A stretch of 64,000 nucleotides of DNA, from IMG/VR virus record IMGVR_UViG_3300028025_000091, positions 64,001 through 128,000 of that record; one strand, given 5' to 3'. This stretch comes from a virus. A program made the position numbers and the translations under genes. The notes below the pieces were generated by a model. It saw nothing but the letters and a program-made list of their open reading frames with translations, did no database searches and was not told where the DNA came from. How positions within the stretch are numbered: position 1 is the stretch's first letter; every line of letters begins with the position of its first letter. Shown here in pieces: positions 39,124-49,975 of this stretch.

Positions 39124-42100
39124 ATGAGCACAATAATAACAAGAAATAGCGCAACATCAGGAAGTACTCCTTCTTCACTTGTACAAGGTGAATTAGCAAT
39201 CAATGTAACTGATGGTCGTTTATTCTATGGTTCGGGTTCTGGAAATATTGTAAAAGAATTTACTGGAAGTGCTAGTGGTGGAACAATTGATACTGGTTCA
39301 TTTGTAACGACTTCATCATTTAATGCTTATACTGGTTCTAATACGTCTCAATTCGCAGGAACTGCGTCATATGCTACAACAGCATCGTATGCTTTAAACG
39401 CTTTAAGTGCTTCTTATGCCTTAACAGCATCATTTATTACTGCTTCAAATGTTTATGGACCTTTTGGTTCAAACAGTATTGTTTCTGCATCATATGCTGC
39501 TACTGCTTCATATGCAACTACAACCTCAGATATTTTAGTATTAGTTAAAAACCAAACTGGGGACACTATTGCAAAAGGTGTTGTAGTTCGAATTACAGGT
39601 TCAAACACATCTAGTGATATCCCTCGTATTGTAACAGCATCTTATGAAAATGATAACAATTCTGCAAATACTTTAGGTATTACCAACCAATCCATTGCAA
39701 ATGGAGACGATGGTTATGTAATGACCGAAGGAATCTTACTTGGAATTGATACAAATGCATTTATTTCAGGTCAGTTAATTTATCTAGGTGCAACAGGATC
39801 CATTATAGGATATGCACCTCAAGCACCTTTACATAATGTTCGTTTAGGTGAAGTTGTTCGTCAACAATCTAATAATGGTTCAATTTATGTTCGTATAGAC
39901 AATGGATATGAATTAGAAGAATTACATGATGTACGAATCACTAGCGCTTCTTCAGGTGACTTATTAATCCGTTCAGCTAGTGTTTGGATTAATTCCAAAC
40001 AACTTTCAGGTTCATATGGCTTAACAGGTAGTTTAACTGCTACTTCATTTACAGGAAGTTTATTTGGAACTTCAAGTTGGGCAAATAATGCTCAAACGTC
40101 TCAAACTTCTAGTTATGTTTTAAATGCAATAAGTGCTTCATATTCTCAAACAGCATCATATCTAAATACACTTAATCAAGATTTAACATTTAATGGAAAT
40201 CTAACATTAAATGGTACTGCATCAATCTCATTTTTAAATGTGGCTTATGAATCTGCTTCTGTAATATACTCAAGTGGTTCAAACCAATTTGGAGATGCTT
40301 CAAACGACGTTCAAACGCTTTGGGGAACAGTTGATGTAAAAACAGGTCCTGTTTTAGTAACTGGATCTTTAAATGTATCTGGAGGTATAACAGGTAGTTT
40401 GCTTGGAACTTCTTCATATGCTGTTCAATCATTGTCTAGTTCATATGCTCAAACAGCTTCATATGTTCAAAACGCTCAAACAGCTTCTTATGTTTTAAAT
40501 GCTGTTTCAAGTTCATATGCATCAAATGCTTTAAGTGCTTCTTATGCTGTAACCTCTTCATATTCAAATAATTCAACTAGTGCTTCATATGCAATTAATT
40601 CTACAACAGCACAAACTGCTAGTTATGTTTTAAATGCAGTAAGCGCCTCTTATGCTACAACGGCATCATATTATGGAGGAAGTGTTATAAGTGCTTCATA
40701 TGCTGCAACTGCTTCATATGTTCAAAACGCTCAAACGGCATCGTATGTTTTAAATGCTATTTCAAGTTCATATGCATTAAGTGCTTCTTATTCTACAACT
40801 TCATCATATTCAAATAATTCAACTAGTGCGTCATATGCAATCAATGCTACAACATCACAAACCGCTAGTTATGTTTTAAATGCAATAAGTGCTTCATATG
40901 CTACTCAAGCATTATCAAGTTCATTTTCTTCAACTGCTTCTTATTATGGTGGAAATGTTGTAAGTGCCTCATATGCAACAACCGCTTCATATGTACAAAA
41001 TGCTATAAGTGCCTCATATGCTACAAACGCATCTAGTGCTTCTGTCTTAGACCTATACAGTATTACTTCCAATACAAATAGCTACTTACTCTTTTCAAAT
41101 ACAATAGCTGCTACGGGACAAATTGTAGGAGGGGATAATGATTTACGATATAACTCTAGTACAAATACATTAACAGCAGTTAATATTTCTGCATCAAGTT
41201 TAACAGGTTCTTTATTTGGAACTGCTTCATATGCTACACAAGCTATAACCGCTCAAACAGCTTCATACGTTATAAACTCTATAAGTTCTTCATACGCTCA
41301 GACAGCTTCGTATGTTTTAAATGCAATAAGTTCTTCATATACTACTCAAGCATTGTCAAGTTCGTATTCTATAACTGCTTCATACTCAACGTTAGCACAA
41401 ACTGCATCTTACGTTCTACAAGCTGTAAGTGCATCATATGCTGCAACTGCTTCATATGTTCAAACAGCACAAACAGCATCTTACGTTCAAAATGCTCAAA
41501 CAGCATCTTATGTTTTAAATGCCATAAGCGCTTCATATGCTTTAAATGCTACAACAGCACAAACTGCATCTTACGTTCAAAATGCTCAAACCGCTTCATA
41601 CGTTTTAAATGCTCAAACCGCTTCATATATTCAAACGGCTCAAACCGCATCATATGTTTTAAACGCTGTAAGTGCATCATATGTTACTCAAGCATTATCA
41701 AGTTCATTTGCATCAACTGCTTCATATGTTAATCCACTTAACCAAAATGTATTAATTACAGGTAGTGCTACAATTGGATCATCTAGTTTAGGTCCATTTG
41801 AAAATACTATAACTTTAGGAGCACGTGATAGTGCAAATGAAGGTGGTCAAATAGGATTCAATGCACCTGGAGGAACATATACATCTGCCTCATTTATTGA
41901 CAACTGGTCAAATTACGCCCGCATATTACGTGGAACAAATGCAAGTAGTACCGGATTGGTAGCTCAGTGGAACCTTCACACTCTTCAAATGCAGTTACCT
42001 GCATACACTAATGCATCATCATTTCCAGGAACCGCTACAGCTAATTTAGCAATTGACTCAGGTGGTAACATTATAACAGTATCAACAACCGGAGGATCAG

Positions 42101-43422
42101 TTTTCCCTTATGTTGGAGACGCAGTTATAACAGGTTCATTAACTACAACTGGTATAATTTATGCTCAACCAAATGGAGGTATGTACTTCCAAGGTGGAGA
42201 TGATGCTGCCTTATATGACATCAACGTAGCAAATACTATGGGTATCTATGGTATGCAAACCGTTACAGAAGGAGCAATAAAGTTAGGAAGTAATGGCCCT
42301 GTACTCTATGGCTCAGGCAGTAGACTTGGATTAGGCACAACAACTCCTACTTCAGCCTCTTTAACTGTTAATGGTAACGTGTGGGCAAACTCATTTACTG
42401 GATCATTACAAGGAACATCCTCATATGCAACTCAAGCGTTAAGTGCTTCATATGCTTTAAGTGCTACAACTGCAAATACTGCTTCATATGTTCAAAATGC
42501 TCAAACAGCATCTTATGTTCAAACAGCACAAACTGCTTCATATGTTTTAAATGCTATATCAAGCTCATATGCTTTAAGTGCCTCATTTTCAGTATCTTCA
42601 TCTAGAGCAGTAAGTGCTTCATTTGCAACTACTGCATCTTATTATGGAGGAAGTGTGATTAGTGCTTCATATGCAGCTACCGCTTCATATGTTAACCCAT
42701 TAATACAAAATGTAATAGTTACCGGTTCATTAGATATAAGTGGTTCATTTATTGCATATGATGAAAGTAATGTTAAAGCAATACAAGCAAATTTATCAAA
42801 ACGTTCATTATTTGATACAAGTGCTGTTGTATCTGTAAATTGGAGTGGTAGAGGTTTATACACTCCATCTTCTATATTAGCTATAGATTGGAGCGATAAC
42901 AATTACTTAGATTCAAACGTTTACCAAAGAGATTATAAATCTGCAACTACACAAAATGCAGTATCAAATACAATTAATAATGCTTATTCTTCATATCTAG
43001 GAGACATAATTGAAGTAGATGGTGTAAATACAATTATCAATGGGACTGTAAATGATGGTATGTTAGTTTATTTGGATACTGATGCTACTTGGTATCCTGT
43101 TAATCAAAGTAGTACTACGGCTACTAAAATGATAGGAATAGCATGTAACGTTGCAGGTCCTACAGGATTTATACTCCTAGAAGGACATGTTGTTATTGAT
43201 GATTCTGGAGCTAATAGACCAACCGTAACAGGAGCAGACCATGGACTTCCAGTTTATATTGAAGATAGTACAACCAATGGTAGAATGTCTACAACGTTAC
43301 CAACAACTGCTGGTGGAAATAATGTAATACGCGTAGTAGGACATTGTTATTGGAATAACACAGGAACATCCTCCCAATGGATGATGAAATTTAGACCATC
43401 AAATGATTGGATCACAATATAA
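39124..43422 (+). CDS. Long tail fibre-like protein with ASYA repeats
   Basis: N-terminal P.SL..GELAIN.TDGRLF; GYELEELHDV; dozens of AQTASYV(L/Q)N / AISASYA repeats. Confidence 0.75.
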   Translation: MSTIITRNSATSGSTPSSLVQGELAINVTDGRLFYGSGSGNIVKEFTGSASGGTIDTGSFVTTSSFNAYTGSNTSQFAGTASYATTASYALNALSASYALTASFITASNVYGPFGSNSIVSASYAATASYATTTSDILVLVKNQTGDTIAKGVVVRITGSNTSSDIPRIVTASYENDNNSANTLGITNQSIANGDDGYVMTEGILLGIDTNAFISGQLIYLGATGSIIGYAPQAPLHNVRLGEVVRQQSNNGSIYVRIDNGYELEELHDVRITSASSGDLLIRSASVWINSKQLSGSYGLTGSLTATSFTGSLFGTSSWANNAQTSQTSSYVLNAISASYSQTASYLNTLNQDLTFNGNLTLNGTASISFLNVAYESASVIYSSGSNQFGDASNDVQTLWGTVDVKTGPVLVTGSLNVSGGITGSLLGTSSYAVQSLSSSYAQTASYVQNAQTASYVLNAVSSSYASNALSASYAVTSSYSNNSTSASYAINSTTAQTASYVLNAVSASYATTASYYGGSVISASYAATASYVQNAQTASYVLNAISSSYALSASYSTTSSYSNNSTSASYAINATTSQTASYVLNAISASYATQALSSSFSSTASYYGGNVVSASYATTASYVQNAISASYATNASSASVLDLYSITSNTNSYLLFSNTIAATGQIVGGDNDLRYNSSTNTLTAVNISASSLTGSLFGTASYATQAITAQTASYVINSISSSYAQTASYVLNAISSSYTTQALSSSYSITASYSTLAQTASYVLQAVSASYAATASYVQTAQTASYVQNAQTASYVLNAISASYALNATTAQTASYVQNAQTASYVLNAQTASYIQTAQTASYVLNAVSASYVTQALSSSFASTASYVNPLNQNVLITGSATIGSSSLGPFENTITLGARDSANEGGQIGFNAPGGTYTSASFIDNWSNYARILRGTNASSTGLVAQWNLHTLQMQLPAYTNASSFPGTATANLAIDSGGNIITVSTTGGSVFPYVGDAVITGSLTTTGIIYAQPNGGMYFQGGDDAALYDINVANTMGIYGMQTVTEGAIKLGSNGPVLYGSGSRLGLGTTTPTSASLTVNGNVWANSFTGSLQGTSSYATQALSASYALSATTANTASYVQNAQTASYVQTAQTASYVLNAISSSYALSASFSVSSSRAVSASFATTASYYGGSVISASYAATASYVNPLIQNVIVTGSLDISGSFIAYDESNVKAIQANLSKRSLFDTSAVVSVNWSGRGLYTPSSILAIDWSDNNYLDSNVYQRDYKSATTQNAVSNTINNAYSSYLGDIIEVDGVNTIINGTVNDGMLVYLDTDATWYPVNQSSTTATKMIGIACNVAGPTGFILLEGHVVIDDSGANRPTVTGADHGLPVYIEDSTTNGRMSTTLPTTAGGNNVIRVVGHCYWNNTGTSSQWMMKFRPSNDWITI

Positions 43423-43431
43423 GAATAAAAC

Positions 43432-43923
43432 ATGGCTACAACAAAAATATTAGGTTCAGAGATTACGGCATCAAATGCAATAAGTGCTTCATTTGCTACT
43501 TCCGCTCAAACAGTGTTAGGAAGTGTAACAAGTGCTTCATTTGCATCCACTGCTTCTTCTGTCAATCCACTTAACCAGAATGTAATCTTAACCGGATCCT
43601 TAAGAGGACAAGTATCTCTTCTTTCAATAGCATCTAATACTGCTTCTGTTAATATGTCATCTAATAACTTTTTTACTTTAACCCTAGTAAACGGAGCAAA
43701 CACTCATATTAACCCCACCAATATACAACCAGGACAAACAGTTAATATACGTGTTACCCAAGGATCTTTAGGAACAGGAACCGTAAGTTTTCCATCTTTC
43801 GTTGATCAACCCAGTGGTTCTTTGTATACGGGATCTATGATAGCAAATGCTATTGATATAGTAACAATGATTACTTTTGATTCATCAGTGGTATTTATGA
43901 GTTCTGTAAGAAATATGATATAA
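43432..43923 (+). CDS. Fibre-associated structural protein
   Basis: SASFA repeats; NNFFTLTL, NIQPGQT...Q...G..TV.F, DI.T. Confidence 0.6.
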   Translation: MATTKILGSEITASNAISASFATSAQTVLGSVTSASFASTASSVNPLNQNVILTGSLRGQVSLLSIASNTASVNMSSNNFFTLTLVNGANTHINPTNIQPGQTVNIRVTQGSLGTGTVSFPSFVDQPSGSLYTGSMIANAIDIVTMITFDSSVVFMSSVRNMI

Positions 43924-43926
43924 GTT

Positions 43927-46900
43927 ATGTTTACACCATTTGCCTTCATACAACCTATAACAACAGCTATCCCGATTACTCCCTCAACACAGTATTTGTT
44001 GATTGGAGGATCGTTTACTTTATATAATGTTCCCGTATTAAACCGAATGGTTAAAATAGATGCAAATGGTGATATAGATAATTCGTTTAATATAGGAACA
44101 GGTTTTGGTAATGTTCCATTTGATATCAAACAACAACCCGATGGAAAATATGTTGTAGGAGGAAACTTTACTTCATATAGTGGTTCTAGTGTAAATTATT
44201 TAACACGTTTAAATCATAATGGTACTAGAGATACTTCACTTAATATAGGAACTGGATTCAATTCTGCTCTATATACTGTTTCTCCCCAATCAGATAATTC
44301 GAATATAGTAGTAGGAGCATTTACTTCATATAATGGTTCTGCAGGGAAAAATTATATAGCAAAAATTACCCCTTCGGGTAGCCTAGATGCAACTTTCAAT
44401 ACGGGAATAGGCTTTAATAATAGTAGCACATATACTATAATTACCCAAGCAGACGGTAAACCTATAATTGGTGGAATATTTACCCAATATAGTAGTTCTA
44501 ATAATTATATAACCAGAACCGATTTATCAGGCTCATACAACGCAGGCCCGGGAACGGGATTTAATACTGGTGTTGGATTTAATAATGTTGTCTATACATA
44601 TGCTACACAATCCGATGGAAAAATCATTTTAGGAGGATCATTCACCCAATACAGTGGTTCCTCAACTAATACTACAAGATTAATTCGATTAAATACTAAT
44701 GGTACCCAAGATACTTCATTTGTAACCGGAGTTGGATTTAATACAGATGTTTATACAATTAAAGTACAAACAGATGGAAAAATAATTGTAGGTGGACTTT
44801 TTACTACTTATAGTGGTTCAACTGTAAACTACATTACAAGACTTAATTCAAGTGGTTCCATAGACACTACATTTAATACAGGAACAGCTGCTTCTTCAAC
44901 GGTATGGGATAGTCATATCCAATCAGATGGAAAAATTGTTATAGTAGGTGGATTTGGTACATATAGTGGATCTTCAAACCCAGGTATTGTAAGAATTAAT
45001 AATAGTGGATCTAAAGATGCTACTTTTAATGTAGGAGCAGGAACTGTTGGTGCTGCATATTCAATAAACCCTACTGGGTCTCAATATATTGTAGGAGGAA
45101 ACTTTACTTCATATAGTGGTTCTTCTAATAATTACATAGTTCGTATAAATTCTGATGGTACTAAAGATACATCATTTAATATTGGTACAGGATTTAGTAG
45201 CACAGTAAATGATACTACAATAGAACCTAATGGAAAAATTTTAGCAATAGGACAATTTACAACATATAGTGGTTCCTCAACAAACACCACTAGAATAATC
45301 AGATTAAACCCAAATGGTACCCAAGACACAACATTTGTAACAGGAACGGGATTGAATCAAGTTACCCCCAACGGAAACCACCTTTCAATAGAATCAGATG
45401 GTAAAATATATGTTGGATCTCAAATGGCTACTTATAGTGGGTCAACTGTTAACTTTTTTGCTAGGATTAATCCTAGTGGAACTTTAGACACTACATTTAA
45501 TGGATATACATCCAACATTGCTTATGGAATAGGATTTAATAATGTTATAAGAACATTATTTATATCTGGGTCTAATATCTATTTTGGAGGAAGTTACATA
45601 GCCTATAAACCAACAAACCGAATTATTAGATTAAACACTAATGGTACTCAAGATACTACATTTTCTCTTGGAGAAGGAATTACTGGTGGTCAAAATACTA
45701 TTTATTCCTTAGTTTCTCAATCTGATGGAAAAATTATAGCAGTAGGAGCATTTTCTACTTATCAAGGATTCTCCCAAAATAACATTACTAGACTTAATAC
45801 AGATGGTACTAGAGATACAACATTTAATATAGGTACAGGATTTAATAATACTGCAACCTCAGCAACTGTACAACCAGATGGAAAAATAGTTATTATGGGA
45901 CTTTTTACTACATATAGTGGTTCCTCTTCAAACCGTATAATTCGCCTTAACCCTAGTGGTACTTTAGATACAACATTTAATATTGGAGCTGGAATTGATA
46001 CCGTAAGCAGCGCAGTTGGAGCTTCTAAGATTATTTCCACCCCAGATAACAAAGTTTATGCTACTACAGTAGGTATGGCTAGTTATAGTGGTTCATCTAT
46101 TGGTAATCTTGTTAAAATTAATTCAAGTGGTTCTATAGATACCACATTTGGTACTACTTCTTCATTTTCTTTTAATAGTACTGGAAGGGGATTTTATGCT
46201 GCATCTAGCCCTGGTGGATACACATTGATTCTTAGTGGTTCAAGCGTAATAGTAGGAGGACAATTCTTAACATATAAAAATACAGCATTTCTGTATGGTG
46301 GCATGATAGATACAACAGGTGCCATTTCTTCTTCATTTAACATAGGGGCAGGATTTAGTACTACAGTTCGAACATGGGTTACTCAATCTGATGGTAAAAT
46401 TTTAGCAGCCGGAGCATTTACCACATATAGTGGTTCCTCAACTAATACAACACGAATTATTCGTTTAAATAGAAATGGTACCCGAGATACTTCATTTGTA
46501 ATAGGAACTGGATTCAACAGTACTGTAACAGATCTTAGAATACAATCTGATGGAAAAATATTAGCAATAGGACAATTCACAACATATAGTGGATCCTCAA
46601 CTAGTGGAATAGTTCGTTTAAACATAAGCGGTACTCGTGATACTACATTTAATGTAGGAACAGGTTTTACATTAGCACCAGATGCTAGACATTGTAAAAT
46701 TCAATCAGATGGAAAAGTTGTAGTAGTAGGTAACTTTACTACATATAGTGGCTCTACACAACAATATATTACTCGAATTAATACTGATGGTACTAGAGAT
46801 ACAACCTTTAATATAGGCACAGGATTTAATAACACTGCAGAAGCAGTGATTCTTCAACCTGATGGAAAATTAATTGTAGGAGGACAATTTACAACATATA

Positions 46901-47364
46901 GCGGATCAAGTCAAAACCGTATAACCCGAATAAATACAGATGGTACTCTTGATACTACATTCAATTCAGGAACAGGATTTGGTGGACCGACATATGCTTT
47001 AGCACTCCAATCTGATGGAAAAATAATATGTACCCATCAAAATCAAACATATAGTGGTTCTACAACTAGATATATAACACGGATTAACCCTAGTGGTACT
47101 TTTGATAATACATTTAACGCGGATGCAAATTCTTCTTTATCCTCTACATCAAATACCCAAAATAGTTTAGTAATTGCTAATGATGGCTCAATATATTGGG
47201 GAAATGCTTTTACTACTTTTAGTGGATCTTTTATACCAAACCGTATAGTAAGATTAAATACTAATGGATCAGTAGATGAAACATTTAACCAAGCATTCCC
47301 TAATTTTGTTAACAATACAGGAAAAGGAGCAGATAGTACAGTAAACGCAGTATTATTAATATAA
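43927..47364 (+). CDS. Delta-60 repeat (beta-propeller) protein
   Basis: Many repeats of Q.DGKI..GG.FTTYSGS...I.RLN..GT.DTTFN.GTGF. Confidence 0.88.
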   Translation: MFTPFAFIQPITTAIPITPSTQYLLIGGSFTLYNVPVLNRMVKIDANGDIDNSFNIGTGFGNVPFDIKQQPDGKYVVGGNFTSYSGSSVNYLTRLNHNGTRDTSLNIGTGFNSALYTVSPQSDNSNIVVGAFTSYNGSAGKNYIAKITPSGSLDATFNTGIGFNNSSTYTIITQADGKPIIGGIFTQYSSSNNYITRTDLSGSYNAGPGTGFNTGVGFNNVVYTYATQSDGKIILGGSFTQYSGSSTNTTRLIRLNTNGTQDTSFVTGVGFNTDVYTIKVQTDGKIIVGGLFTTYSGSTVNYITRLNSSGSIDTTFNTGTAASSTVWDSHIQSDGKIVIVGGFGTYSGSSNPGIVRINNSGSKDATFNVGAGTVGAAYSINPTGSQYIVGGNFTSYSGSSNNYIVRINSDGTKDTSFNIGTGFSSTVNDTTIEPNGKILAIGQFTTYSGSSTNTTRIIRLNPNGTQDTTFVTGTGLNQVTPNGNHLSIESDGKIYVGSQMATYSGSTVNFFARINPSGTLDTTFNGYTSNIAYGIGFNNVIRTLFISGSNIYFGGSYIAYKPTNRIIRLNTNGTQDTTFSLGEGITGGQNTIYSLVSQSDGKIIAVGAFSTYQGFSQNNITRLNTDGTRDTTFNIGTGFNNTATSATVQPDGKIVIMGLFTTYSGSSSNRIIRLNPSGTLDTTFNIGAGIDTVSSAVGASKIISTPDNKVYATTVGMASYSGSSIGNLVKINSSGSIDTTFGTTSSFSFNSTGRGFYAASSPGGYTLILSGSSVIVGGQFLTYKNTAFLYGGMIDTTGAISSSFNIGAGFSTTVRTWVTQSDGKILAAGAFTTYSGSSTNTTRIIRLNRNGTRDTSFVIGTGFNSTVTDLRIQSDGKILAIGQFTTYSGSSTSGIVRLNISGTRDTTFNVGTGFTLAPDARHCKIQSDGKVVVVGNFTTYSGSTQQYITRINTDGTRDTTFNIGTGFNNTAEAVILQPDGKLIVGGQFTTYSGSSQNRITRINTDGTLDTTFNSGTGFGGPTYALALQSDGKIICTHQNQTYSGSTTRYITRINPSGTFDNTFNADANSSLSSTSNTQNSLVIANDGSIYWGNAFTTFSGSFIPNRIVRLNTNGSVDETFNQAFPNFVNNTGKGADSTVNAVLLI

Positions 47365-47382
47365 ATTTAAAAAATAAAAACT

Positions 47383-47619
47383 ATGACACTTAAAGAATTT
47401 TTACAAGACAAAACATTAACAGCTGTTGAACTAATCGACTATGATTACAACCAAGTTATCAACGTTTATGTTGATGGAGCAGGCTATGGCTTAGCTATAG
47501 ATACATCCAATATCCCTGCCGGAACCCCATTAACATATACTACAGAATTTACATTAGAAGGAGATGTTTTATCTGTAAGTGATTTCTCTATCAATACAAA
47601 TGATATAGATATGCTTTAA
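47383..47619 (+). CDS. Hypothetical acidic protein
   Basis: 78-aa ORF. Confidence 0.55.
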   Translation: MTLKEFLQDKTLTAVELIDYDYNQVINVYVDGAGYGLAIDTSNIPAGTPLTYTTEFTLEGDVLSVSDFSINTNDIDML

Positions 47620-47625
47620 AAAAAT

Positions 47626-47654
47626 TAGGCCCCCCAAAGGGACCTTCGTACATT
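47626..47654 (+). promoter_or_regulatory. Class I promoter TAGG-N19-TACATT
   Basis: Same spacing as the other class I sites; marks the switch from structural to metabolic genes. Confidence 0.5.
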
Positions 47655-47671
47655 TAATGAAAATAAAGGTT

Positions 47672-48256
47672 ATGTACGCATTTATTAAAGAAGGAAGTAT
47701 TCGTCACAGTAGAGAAACGGTTATGGAGCATATCAAAAAACTTCAACCACTCAACTACAACCGATTCATGTGGTGGAGAACACATACTGATAAAGTTACT
47801 CCACTAGGAAAACGTGCTTTACTCAAAGACCGTATCCTAAATGGTGATTTCAATCCATCTTCCTATTTTTGGCAAGCACAATTAGCACTTTATGTTGCTA
47901 AAGACAAACTTGACTTGAGAATCCACGATACTCGTTATCAACTTGATCTTGCTGGTGTTGATTTTATGCGTCACAAAAAATTAATGGAAGACTTTGAGAA
48001 GGAAGAAAAAAACCGTATGTTTGCTTTGTATGAAGCGTTTACTTCCGAATACAACATTACCAAAGAAGAATTAGAGGAGGCATTCCTCAAATCCCATGGC
48101 ACCATTTTAGATTTCTATTACTATGCCGAGGAATTTTTGTACAAAACACCATCTTCCAACCGTAAAGACATGCGTGGACGACCTAAAAAAGTAAGAACTG
48201 AATCCGTACCTAGAGTTTTACAAAAAAAACGAGGTAGACCAAAAAAGAATAAATGA
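47672..48256 (+). CDS. Hypothetical protein with two C-terminal AT-hook-like motifs
   Basis: MRGRPKK and KRGRPKK; start at ATG 47672 (AAGGTTATG). Confidence 0.65.
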   Translation: MYAFIKEGSIRHSRETVMEHIKKLQPLNYNRFMWWRTHTDKVTPLGKRALLKDRILNGDFNPSSYFWQAQLALYVAKDKLDLRIHDTRYQLDLAGVDFMRHKKLMEDFEKEEKNRMFALYEAFTSEYNITKEELEEAFLKSHGTILDFYYYAEEFLYKTPSSNRKDMRGRPKKVRTESVPRVLQKKRGRPKKNK

Positions 48257-48657
48257 AAACAGGAGTTATAGCAGGAAATTTTGACGTAATCCATCCAGGA
48301 TACATTTATATGTTTGATGAATGTAAACAAAATTGTGATCACCTTGTAGTATACCTACATAAAGATCCATCAATTGAACGTCCCGAAAAACTAAAACCGA
48401 TTTTATCGGTTGAGGAACGTCGTAAAATTCTATTTGCTTTAGATATCCCTACAGTTATAGCTTACGATACTGAAAAGGAGTTGTATTGGATGCTTCATGA
48501 TGGGAATTTTGATGTTCGATTTTTAGGAGATGATTACATTGGAAAACCATTCACGGGTGATGATTTAGATATACCCATCCATTATCTTAGTAGAGATCAT
48601 GGTTGGTCAACAACAAAATATAAACAATTAATAGCAAATAGTTTAAATGAAAAATAA
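48253..48657 (+). CDS. Cytidylyltransferase (TagD-like)
   Basis: GNFDVIHPGY, KPILS..ER, GDDY, RDHGWSTT. Confidence 0.85.
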   Translation: MKTGVIAGNFDVIHPGYIYMFDECKQNCDHLVVYLHKDPSIERPEKLKPILSVEERRKILFALDIPTVIAYDTEKELYWMLHDGNFDVRFLGDDYIGKPFTGDDLDIPIHYLSRDHGWSTTKYKQLIANSLNEK

Positions 48658-48874
48658 CCAATACCCACAACCAAATGAGATTTGGCAACACTACAAAGGT
48701 GGAAAATACCAAATTGTAGCAATGTGTAATCACACAAATACAGATGAAGTACTTGTAATATATAAATCAATGTCATTTGGAGGTTTCCATGCTCGTCCGT
48801 ATAGTGAATGGCATGAACAAGTTGGAGAAACAGGAGCCGCAGGATATCCAATTTATCGTTTTGAAAAATTATGA
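48647..48874 (+). CDS. DUF1653-like protein
   Basis: WQHYKGG.Y, H..T.E.LVIY, ARP, RFE. Confidence 0.8.
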   Translation: MKNNQYPQPNEIWQHYKGGKYQIVAMCNHTNTDEVLVIYKSMSFGGFHARPYSEWHEQVGETGAAGYPIYRFEKL

Positions 48875-49971
48875 ATATAGAACATGATTACCTTAGACTC
48901 CTAAAGGATATCCTAGACAATGGAGTACAAAAACAAGATAGAACTGGAACAGGTACTATCTCAGTATTTGGAAGACAGATTAGACATAAGATGTCTGAGG
49001 GATTTCCTTTGATTACAACTAAGAAAATGCCATTTCGTCTTATAGCAACTGAATTGTTATGGTTCTTACGTGGTGATTCTGATATTAGATTTTTATGGGA
49101 AAATAATTGTACAATCTGGGATGGTGATTGGTATAAGAAGTATAAAACTACTTGTTCTGAACCATACACATTAGAAGAGGTTAAACAGAAAGTAAAAGAT
49201 GGTAACCATTCTTTTCACGATTCAATGTTTGATATGGGTCCTGTTTATGGTAGACAATGGAGAAGTTGGAGACGATATAGAAAATTACCAAAAGATGATT
49301 ACACTACAGATTACAGAGAAAATGAACCAATAGATCAAATCCAAAATCTAATCAATGACCTTAAAACAAACCCAGATTCTAGACGATTGATGGTTAATGC
49401 TTGGAATGTAGGTGAATTAGACCAAATGGTTCTTCCACCTTGTCATTATGGATTTCAAGTTTATACAAGAGAGTTGAGTTTCGCGGAGAGAGTTGTTTGG
49501 ATAAAAAATAATTCATCAACCCAACAAATAACTCTACCACAATATATAGATGATAAATTTTCTTTGGATGAATTTTTTAAACCATATGGAGTTCCAACCA
49601 GAGCAATCTCCCTAATGTGGAATCAAAGATCAGTAGATACATTCTTAGGTTTACCATTCAACATTGCTTCATATGGTTTGTTATTAGAAATTATTGCTAG
49701 AGAAGTCAATATGGTACCTGATGAATTGATTGGGAATTTAGGTGATGTACATTTATATTCAAATCATTTAAATCAAGCAAAAGAACAAATTACGAGAGAG
49801 CCATTTAAATTACCTGAACTTCAGTGTTTAGATGAATATCATTACTTAATGGATGAAGAATTGGTTGATCCAATTCCACTCGATAAGAAAATACAACAAT
49901 TTAGACCCGACTTTTTTATAATGAACAATTACGAATCCCACCCACATATTAAAGCACCTTTATCAAATTAA
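48871..49971 (+). CDS. thyA: Thymidylate synthase
   Basis: DRTGTGT, ELLWFL.G, GPVYG.QWR, PDSRR, LPPCH, QRSVD.FLGLPFN, GDVHLY.NH. Confidence 0.97.
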   Translation: MNIEHDYLRLLKDILDNGVQKQDRTGTGTISVFGRQIRHKMSEGFPLITTKKMPFRLIATELLWFLRGDSDIRFLWENNCTIWDGDWYKKYKTTCSEPYTLEEVKQKVKDGNHSFHDSMFDMGPVYGRQWRSWRRYRKLPKDDYTTDYRENEPIDQIQNLINDLKTNPDSRRLMVNAWNVGELDQMVLPPCHYGFQVYTRELSFAERVVWIKNNSSTQQITLPQYIDDKFSLDEFFKPYGVPTRAISLMWNQRSVDTFLGLPFNIASYGLLLEIIAREVNMVPDELIGNLGDVHLYSNHLNQAKEQITREPFKLPELQCLDEYHYLMDEELVDPIPLDKKIQQFRPDFFIMNNYESHPHIKAPLSN

Positions 49972-49975
49972 AATT

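Noticed and set aside
26915-49971. Introns or inteins in nrdB, nrdA or thyA
   Set aside because: All three ORFs are continuous with motifs in order. thyA has only short insertions without intein signatures, and both endonucleases are intergenic.
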